From Dongiaceae bacterium (GTDB lineage Bacteria > Pseudomonadota > Alphaproteobacteria > Dongiales > Dongiaceae): 64,000 nucleotides of DNA. Under the pieces are notes generated by a model that worked only from the letters and a program-made list of their open reading frames with translations, made no database searches and was not told the DNA's origin. Position 1 is the stretch's first letter, and the number at the start of each line of letters is the position of its first letter. The DNA lies in the NCBI GenBank assembly GCA_046154965.1, contig JBJXDY010000021.1, positions 3,200-67,199 of the forward strand. The letters run 5' to 3'. The translations under genes and the position numbers were made by a program. Shown piece by piece: positions 57,665 to 64,000 of this stretch.

Positions 57665-58570
57665 TCAGGCTGATTTCTTCTTCCCGGCCAGCGCCTGCGC
57701 CACTTTCGACGCGGGCGCGCGGCCGAGCTCTTTGCATATATAGGCCCCGGCATCGGCCAGCGCCGCCAGATCGACGCCCGACTCGATGCCCAGGCCATTG
57801 AGCATATACAACACATCCTCGCTCGCCACATTTCCGGAGGCGCCCGCGGCGTAAGGACAGCCGCCGAGGCCGGCCACAGATGAATCCACCGTGGCAATGC
57901 CGGCTTCCAAGGCCGCGAGAATATTGGCCAACGCCTGGCCGTAGGTGTCGTGGAAATGCACCGCCAGCCGGCCGCGGGGCACGACGGCGGCCACCGCCTC
58001 GATCATCCGCTCCGCCTTCGCCGGCGTGCCCACGCCGATCGTGTCGCCGAGCGAGATTTCATAGCAGCCCAGCGCCGCAAGCCGTTGGGCGACATGGGCG
58101 ACTTTGCCCGGCGCGATCTCGCCCTCGTACGGACAGCCGAGCACGCAGGAGACATAGCCGCGGACGCGAATTCCCGCCGCCGTTGCGGCTTCGCAGACCG
58201 GCGCGAACCGATCCAGGCTCTCATCGATCGAGCAGTTGATGTTCTTTTGCGAGAACGACTCTGAAGCCGCGCCAAAGACGGCGATTTCTTCCACGCGGGA
58301 TGCCTTGGCGGCCTCGAAACCCTTCATGTTCGGCACCAGCACGGGATAGCTGACGCCGGGCAGGCGCTTGATGCCCGCCAGTACCTGGGCCGTATCCGCC
58401 ATCTGCGGCACCCATTTCGGCGAGACGAAGCTGCCGGCCTCGATGGCCTTCAGTCCGGCGCGGCCCAGCCGGTCGATTAACTCGATCTTGACGGCGGCCG
58501 GCACGGTCCCGGCCTCGTTCTGCAGACCGTCGCGCGGCCCGACCTCGACCATGCGTACCCGCCGGCTCAA
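57665..58570 (-). CDS. liuE: Hydroxymethylglutaryl-CoA lyase
   Basis: 301 aa. [13 protein letters not shown]-terminus, [20 protein letters not shown] motifs. Confidence 0.9.
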   Translation of the reverse strand: MSRRVRMVEVGPRDGLQNEAGTVPAAVKIELIDRLGRAGLKAIEAGSFVSPKWVPQMADTAQVLAGIKRLPGVSYPVLVPNMKGFEAAKASRVEEIAVFGAASESFSQKNINCSIDESLDRFAPVCEAATAAGIRVRGYVSCVLGCPYEGEIAPGKVAHVAQRLAALGCYEISLGDTIGVGTPAKAERMIEAVAAVVPRGRLAVHFHDTYGQALANILAALEAGIATVDSSVAGLGGCPYAAGASGNVASEDVLYMLNGLGIESGVDLAALADAGAYICKELGRAPASKVAQALAGKKKSA

Positions 58571-60576
58571 GCCCCCTCCTCGGCGAAGGACAGCAGCGCC
58601 GCCCCCTCCTTTACCAGGTCGCCGACGCGGAAATGCACCGCCTCCACTAGGCCATCGGCGGGTGCCGTAATGCTGTGCTCCATCTTCATGGCTTCCAAGA
58701 TCACCAGCACGGCGCCGCGGCGCACCTTCTCGCCTGCCTTGGCGCCGATCTTGATGATCTTGCCGGGCATGGGCGCCGACAGGCCGCCCACATGGCCGTC
58801 GACGCGATCCGCAGCGGCCACCGGGTCCACCAGCTCGAACTCGAAGCTGCCATCGGCCGTGGCCACCAGCAGCGTGCCGCCGTTGCGGATCACGCGGGCG
58901 GTGGCCTGGCGGCCGTCGATGATCAGGCGCACACCGCCATCAGCCAAGCGCTCGCCGCTGACCGTCTTCGGGCCCTGCGGGAGGTCAAAACGGTAGTCGC
59001 CGCTGCGATAGGTCACGCCGAGGCGAAGAACCTCGCCGCCGTAGCGGAGCTGGATCTCCTCGCAGCCTTTCATGTTCAGCCGCCAGCCATCGGTGCCGTT
59101 CCAGGGCGACCAGGGATCGCCGGAGTCTCGCGCCCGCGCGGCCGCCGAGTCGCGGCGGTCCAGCAGGATCGCCAGGACGGCGAAGGCCCAGGCATCCATG
59201 TGGGGCGCTGGTGGCGGCGCGAAGACATCGCCCTTGTGAAGCTCGATGAAGTCGGTAGAGATCTCGCCGGCCTGGAAGGCGCCATGGCCCAGCACGGACT
59301 TCAGGAACTGCAGATTGTTGCGCAGGCCCAAAAGCTGCGTGCCGGCCAGCGCGCCCTGAAGCCGCGCCAGCGCCGACGCCCGGTCCTCGCCCCAGGTGAT
59401 GATCTTGGCCAGCAGCGGATCGTAGTTGAGGCCGATCTCGTCGCCCTCGCGGATGCCGGTATCGACGCGCAGGTGATCCGAGGTCGCCGGCCAGCGCAGA
59501 TGGCTCACGCGCCCGGTCGCCGGCAGGAAGCCGCGCGACGGATCTTCGGCATAGAGCCGCGCCTCGAAGGCGTGGCCGTTCATTCTAACCTGGTCCTGGG
59601 TCAGCGGCAGAGTTTCGCCGGCGGCGATCAGCAGCTGCCACGCCACGATATCAAGTCCGGTGATCATCTCCGTCACCGGATGCTCCACCTGCAGGCGGGT
59701 GTTCATCTCCATGAAGTAGAACTGGCCGTCGGAATCCAGCAGGAACTCCACCGTGCCGGCGCTGACATAGCCAACGGCCTTGGCCGCCGCCACGCCGGCC
59801 GCGCCCAGCTTGCGCCGCTGCTCCGCCGTAAGCCCGGGCGCCGGCGCTTCCTCGATGATCTTCTGGTGGCGGCGCTGCACCGAGCAGTCGCGCTCGAACA
59901 GATGGATGGCGTTGCCCTTGGTATCCGCAATGACCTGCACCTCCACATGGCGCGGCCGCTGCAGGAATTTTTCCACCAGCATATGCTCGTCGCCGAAGGC
60001 GCCTTTGGCCTCGCGCTTCGCGCCCGCCAGCGCATCCGTGAACTCGGCGGCGCTGTCGACCCGGCGCATGCCCTTGCCGCCGCCGCCCGCCGAGGCCTTG
60101 ATCAGCACGGGATAGCCGATCTTGTCGGCCGCCTGGCGCAGGGTCTTCTCGTCCTGGGCGTCGCCGTGATAGCCCGGCAGGATCGGCACCTTGGCCTTGT
60201 CCATCGTCGCCTTGGCCGCGCTCTTGGAGCCCATGGTGCGGATGGCGCTGGGCGGCGGGCCGATGAAGGTGACCCCGTTCTCGCTGCAGGCCACGGCAAA
60301 GGCGGCGTTCTGCGACAGGAAACCGTAGCCGGGATGGATCGCATCGATGCCCGTGCGGTGCGCCGCGTCCATGAGGGCGCCGATGTCAAGATAGCTCTCC
60401 GCGGCGGGCGCCGGGCCGAGCCGCACCGCCTCGTCCGCCGACTGGACATGGAGCGCGTCCCGGTCGGCATCGGAATAGACGGCAACAGTGCGGATGCCCA
60501 TCTCCCGCGCCGTGCGGATGATCCGGCAGGCGATCTCGCCGCGATTGGCGATCAGGATTTTCCAGAACGCGGCCAC
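58567..60576 (-). CDS. liuD: 3-methylcrotonyl-CoA carboxylase alpha subunit (biotin carboxylase + BCCP)
   Basis: 669 aa. ATP-grasp biotin carboxylase N-terminus ([14 protein letters not shown]) and C-terminal biotinyl motif EAMKMEH. Cluster context. Confidence 0.9.
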   Translation of the reverse strand: MAAFWKILIANRGEIACRIIRTAREMGIRTVAVYSDADRDALHVQSADEAVRLGPAPAAESYLDIGALMDAAHRTGIDAIHPGYGFLSQNAAFAVACSENGVTFIGPPPSAIRTMGSKSAAKATMDKAKVPILPGYHGDAQDEKTLRQAADKIGYPVLIKASAGGGGKGMRRVDSAAEFTDALAGAKREAKGAFGDEHMLVEKFLQRPRHVEVQVIADTKGNAIHLFERDCSVQRRHQKIIEEAPAPGLTAEQRRKLGAAGVAAAKAVGYVSAGTVEFLLDSDGQFYFMEMNTRLQVEHPVTEMITGLDIVAWQLLIAAGETLPLTQDQVRMNGHAFEARLYAEDPSRGFLPATGRVSHLRWPATSDHLRVDTGIREGDEIGLNYDPLLAKIITWGEDRASALARLQGALAGTQLLGLRNNLQFLKSVLGHGAFQAGEISTDFIELHKGDVFAPPPAPHMDAWAFAVLAILLDRRDSAAARARDSGDPWSPWNGTDGWRLNMKGCEEIQLRYGGEVLRLGVTYRSGDYRFDLPQGPKTVSGERLADGGVRLIIDGRQATARVIRNGGTLLVATADGSFEFELVDPVAAADRVDGHVGGLSAPMPGKIIKIGAKAGEKVRRGAVLVILEAMKMEHSITAPADGLVEAVHFRVGDLVKEGAALLSFAEEGA

Positions 60577-60592
60577 GGGTTCCGTCCCGCCC

Positions 60593-61372
60593 TCAGAGCC
60601 AGTTCGGCTTGCGCTTCTCGAGGAAGGCGGCGACGCCCTCCCTGCCCTCCGGGCTGGAGCGGATCGCGGCGATGCGGCGGGCGGTATCGTCCAGCATGTC
60701 GGGAGCGAGCGGCTTGCCGGCGATATCGTTGATCAGGCGCTTGGCGGCGATCTGGGCCTTGGGTCCGCCCAGGAGGATGGCGTCGATGATCTTCTCGAGG
60801 GTGCGCGCCATGGCGTCCGGCGCCACCACTTCGTGGACGAGGCCAATGCGCTGCGCCTCGGCGGCGCTGAATTTCTCCGCCGACAGGAAGTAGCGGCGCG
60901 CCTGCCGTTCGCCGATGGCGCCCATGACATAGGGGCCGATAACCGCAGGGATCAGGCCCAGCTTCACTTCGCTGAGGCTGAAGGTCGCCAGTTCAGAGGC
61001 GATGGCGATATCGCAAACGGCGATCAGGCCGACGCCGCCGCCATAGGCCGCGCCCTGCACCACCGCGATCGTCGGCCGCGGGAACAACTGCAGCCGACGC
61101 AGCATGCCGCTCAATTCCTCGGCGTCGTGCTGATTGGCGTCAATGGAGGCGCTGGACATTCGCTTCATCCATCGCAGGTCCGCACCGGCCGAGAAACTGG
61201 ATCCGGTGGAAGCCAGCACCAAGGCCCGTAACTCCAATTTCTTCTCCAGATCCCGCAACGTGGCAGTGATCTCGCGGATCAGCGCGTCGTCGAACGCATT
61301 GTGGATGACCGGCCGGTTGAGAGTGAGCGTGGCGATCTGCCGCTCATCGATCCTAAGCGTGATAGCAGTCAT
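60593..61372 (-). CDS. liuC: Enoyl-CoA hydratase family (methylglutaconyl-CoA hydratase by context)
   Basis: 259 aa. Crotonase fold (FSAGADL, GAAYGGGVGL). Between the two MCC subunit genes. Confidence 0.8.
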   Translation of the reverse strand: MTAITLRIDERQIATLTLNRPVIHNAFDDALIREITATLRDLEKKLELRALVLASTGSSFSAGADLRWMKRMSSASIDANQHDAEELSGMLRRLQLFPRPTIAVVQGAAYGGGVGLIAVCDIAIASELATFSLSEVKLGLIPAVIGPYVMGAIGERQARRYFLSAEKFSAAEAQRIGLVHEVVAPDAMARTLEKIIDAILLGGPKAQIAAKRLINDIAGKPLAPDMLDDTARRIAAIRSSPEGREGVAAFLEKRKPNWL

Positions 61373-61376
61373 GAGA

Positions 61377-62984
61377 TTACATCCTGAAGATTCCGAAATC
61401 GGTGGTCGCGACCGGCGCGTTCAGCGCCGCCGACAATGACAGGCCGAGCACGCGCCGGGATTCCGCGGGGTCGATCACCCCGTCGTCCCATAGCCGCGCG
61501 CTGGCGTAATAGGGATGGCCCTGGGTCTCATACTGGTTGCGGATCGGCGCCTTGAAGGCCTCCTCCTCCTCCGCGCTCCAGGCCTGCTTTCTGGCGGTCA
61601 TGCCGTCGCGCTTCACCTGCGCCAGCACATTGGCCGCCTGCTCGCCGCCCATGACGGAGATGCGCGAATTGGGCCACATCCAGAGGAAGCGCGGACCGAA
61701 GGCGCGGCCGCACATGCCGTAATTGCCGGCGCCGAAGCTGCCGCCGATCAGCATGGTGATCTTGGGCACGCGGGCGCAGGACACCGCCGTCACCATCTTG
61801 GCGCCATCCTTGGCGATGCCGCCGGCTTCGTACTTCTTGCCGACCATGAATCCGGTGATGTTCTGCAGGAAGATCAGCGGCAAGCCGCGCTGGGCGCAGA
61901 TCTGGATGAAATGGGCGCCCTTCAGCGCCGATTCCGAGAACAGGATGCCGTTGTTGGCGACGATGCCCACGGGATAGCCGTAGAGGTGCGCAAAGCCGCA
62001 GACCAGCGTCGAACCGTAGAGCTGCTTGAACTCGTCGAACTCGCTGCCGTCGACGACCCGGGCGATGACTTCCCGAACGTCGTAGGGCTTGCGCGTGTCC
62101 GCAGGGATGATGCCGTAGAGTTCCCGGGGATCGTAGAGCGGCTCCGCCGGCGCCGCCGTGCGCAGGGCCGGCTGCTTCACCGTCGTCAGGTGGCCGACGA
62201 TGCGGCGCGCGATGGCCAGGGCGTGCAGGTCGTTGTCGGCGAGATGATCGGTGACGCCGGAAATCTTGCTGTGCACCTCTGCACCGCCCAGCTCCTCGGC
62301 CGTCACCACCTCGCCAGTCGCGGCGCGCACCAGCGGCGGACCAGCCAGGAAGATGGTGCCCTGATTGCGCACGATGATGCTCTCGTCGGACATCGCCGGC
62401 ACATAGGCGCCGCCGGCCGTGCAGGAACCCATGACCAGGGCGATCTGCGGGATGGCCTCTGACGACATGGTTGCCTGGTTGTAGAAGATGCGGCCGAAAT
62501 GATCCCTGTCGGGGAAGACCTCGTCCTGGTTCGGCAGATTGGCGCCGCCGGAATCCACGAGATAAATGCAGGGCAGCCGGTTCTCCCGCGCGATGTCCTG
62601 GGCGCGCAGATGCTTCTTCACCGTCAGCGGATAGTAGGTGCCGCCCTTCACCGTGGCGTCGTTTGCCAGGATCACGCATTCCCGCCCGCTGACCCGGCCG
62701 ATGCCGGTGATCAAGCCGGCGGCCGGAATGTTGTCCTTGTAGACCCTGTGCGCGGCGAGCTGGGAGAACTCCAGGAACGGCGAGCCCGGATCCAGCAGGG
62801 CCTCGACCCGCGCCCGGGGCAGCAGCTTGCCGCGGGAGGTGTGCTTGTTCCGGGCGTCCTCATCGCCGCCCTGGGCGATGTCGGAAATCCTGGCCCGGAG
62901 GTCGGCGACCTGCGCGCTCAGCGCCGCTTCATTGCGCTGAAAGTCCTCGCCCCCGGTATCGATATTGGACTGAAGAATCGGCAT
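61377..62984 (-). CDS. liuB: 3-methylcrotonyl-CoA carboxylase beta subunit (carboxyltransferase)
   Basis: 535 aa, carboxyl-transferase N and C domains ([24 protein letters not shown]). Confidence 0.9.
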   Translation of the reverse strand: MPILQSNIDTGGEDFQRNEAALSAQVADLRARISDIAQGGDEDARNKHTSRGKLLPRARVEALLDPGSPFLEFSQLAAHRVYKDNIPAAGLITGIGRVSGRECVILANDATVKGGTYYPLTVKKHLRAQDIARENRLPCIYLVDSGGANLPNQDEVFPDRDHFGRIFYNQATMSSEAIPQIALVMGSCTAGGAYVPAMSDESIIVRNQGTIFLAGPPLVRAATGEVVTAEELGGAEVHSKISGVTDHLADNDLHALAIARRIVGHLTTVKQPALRTAAPAEPLYDPRELYGIIPADTRKPYDVREVIARVVDGSEFDEFKQLYGSTLVCGFAHLYGYPVGIVANNGILFSESALKGAHFIQICAQRGLPLIFLQNITGFMVGKKYEAGGIAKDGAKMVTAVSCARVPKITMLIGGSFGAGNYGMCGRAFGPRFLWMWPNSRISVMGGEQAANVLAQVKRDGMTARKQAWSAEEEEAFKAPIRNQYETQGHPYYASARLWDDGVIDPAESRRVLGLSLSAALNAPVATTDFGIFRM

Positions 62985-63182
62985 GCCCGATACCTAGCAC
63001 CAGAACCGGCCATCGTCACCCGGCCTAATCCGGCGCCCCGGACGCCGCGGCCCTGTACCTGCCGATGGCTTTTCCATACCGACTAAAGGGTGGGGTCTGC
63101 TGCAGCGCACTCATTCTTGAGATTTTCGGCGCAGCGGCGGTAGTGTCGATGATTGACAAATGAATCCTCAGGGAGGATCGAC

Positions 63183-64000
63183 ATGATGAAACGATTCTGC
63201 GCGGCACTGGCGCTTTCCACGCTGCTGGCCGGGCCCGGCGTCCAGGCCCAGGACTATCCCTCCAAGGTCATCACCGTCGTGGTTCCCTTCGCGGCCGGCG
63301 GGCCCACCGACACGGTCACGCGCCTGGTGGCGCAGGCCATGAGCCCGGCGCTGGGACAACAGGTCATCGTCGAGAACGTCGCCGGCGCCGGCGGCACGCT
63401 CGGCGCCGACCGTGTCGCCAAGGCGGAGGCTGATGGCTACACCCTGCTGCTGCACCATATCGGCATGGCCACCACCATGACGCTGTACCGGAACCTGCCC
63501 TACAACTCGATTGAGGATTTTGAACCTATCGGCCTGGTGACCGAAGTGCCGATGACCCTGGTGGGCAAGAAGGACTTTCCGGCCGCCAGCCTGGCCGAGC
63601 TGATCGACTATGTGAAGGCGAACAAGGACACGGTCACCTACGCCAATGCGGGCATCGGCGCCGCGTCGCACCTCTGCGGCATGCTCTTCATGTCGGCGAT
63701 CCAGACCCAGGTGACCACGGTTCCCTACAAGGGCACCGGGCCGGCGATGAACGACCTGCTGGGCGGCCAGGTGGATTTCCTGTGCGACCAGACCACCAAT
63801 ACCAGCAGCCAGATCAAGGCCGGCGAGATCAAGGCCTATGGCGTGACCACGAAGGCCCGGGTGGCGTCCCTGGGCGATGTGCCGACGATGGATGAGGCCG
63901 GCTTGCCGGGCTTCGAAATCTCGGTCTGGCACGGCCTCTACGCGCCGAAGGGCACGCCGCAGCCTGTCATCGAGAAGCTGACGTCGGCGCTGCAGGTGGC
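63183..64000 (+). CDS. Tripartite tricarboxylate transporter substrate-binding protein (Bug/TctC family), 3' end outside window
   Basis: My own translation from ATG 63183 (AGGGAGG upstream): MMKRFCAALALSTLLAGPGVQAQDYPSKVITVVVPFAAGGPTDTVTRL..., the Bug-family signature. Absent from the ORF track because there is no stop in the window. Confidence 0.85.
   Translation, partial: MMKRFCAALALSTLLAGPGVQAQDYPSKVITVVVPFAAGGPTDTVTRLVAQAMSPALGQQVIVENVAGAGGTLGADRVAKAEADGYTLLLHHIGMATTMTLYRNLPYNSIEDFEPIGLVTEVPMTLVGKKDFPAASLAELIDYVKANKDTVTYANAGIGAASHLCGMLFMSAIQTQVTTVPYKGTGPAMNDLLGGQVDFLCDQTTNTSSQIKAGEIKAYGVTTKARVASLGDVPTMDEAGLPGFEISVWHGLYAPKGTPQPVIEKLTSALQV

Noticed and set aside
58675-60732. 685-aa ORF on the plus strand
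   Set aside because: Antisense to the MCC alpha-subunit gene, with low-complexity Arg/Ala/Gly composition. High-GC artefact.

Overview
This is a high-GC chromosomal segment that looks alphaproteobacterial (FnrL-type regulator, DUF1489, Bug/TctC binding protein, GTCATCCC-type REP hairpins). All product calls come from motifs I recognised in the translated ORFs; no database search was run.

Gene content, left to right:
- Tail of a histidine kinase.
- A complete SUF Fe-S assembly operon (Rrf2 regulator, sufBCDS, sufU, sufT, sufA) with a perfect palindromic operator.
- An EEP-nuclease/beta-CASP-nuclease gene pair, a GNAT-like gene, an Fnr-type regulator and a half-size UPF0016 gene.
- A LonC-like protease that sits 12 nt downstream of a TPP-riboswitch-controlled thiBPQ operon.
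- About 2.3 kb of poorly coding DNA (17.46-19.8 kb): REP-like repeats and a possible gene remnant at first, then from about 18.2 kb visibly AT-richer DNA with two orphan ORFs, one split by an in-frame TGA.
- An APH/choline-kinase-like gene.
- An acoABC-type dehydrogenase operon fused to a CUT1 ABC importer, behind a sigma-54 promoter and next to a divergent acoR.
- A large sugar/sugar-acid catabolic island (dgoA, dgoK, SDR, IlvD/Edd dehydratase, epimerase, RraA-like, lactonase, DUF3237, kdgK, GntR and LacI regulators, three more ABC importers), interrupted by a parDE module.
- A leucine/isovalerate (liu) cluster and the start of a TctC-family gene.

I found no rRNA, tRNA, CRISPR array, transposase or integrase, and no clear-cut novel system. 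The most unusual points are:
- the thiamine-operon/LonC-like coupling;
- the transporter-bearing aco operon;
- the orphan islet with an interrupted ORF;
- a two-nuclease operon;
- a probable premature stop in an ABC ATPase.

The many long ORFs antisense to real genes are treated as high-GC artefacts.
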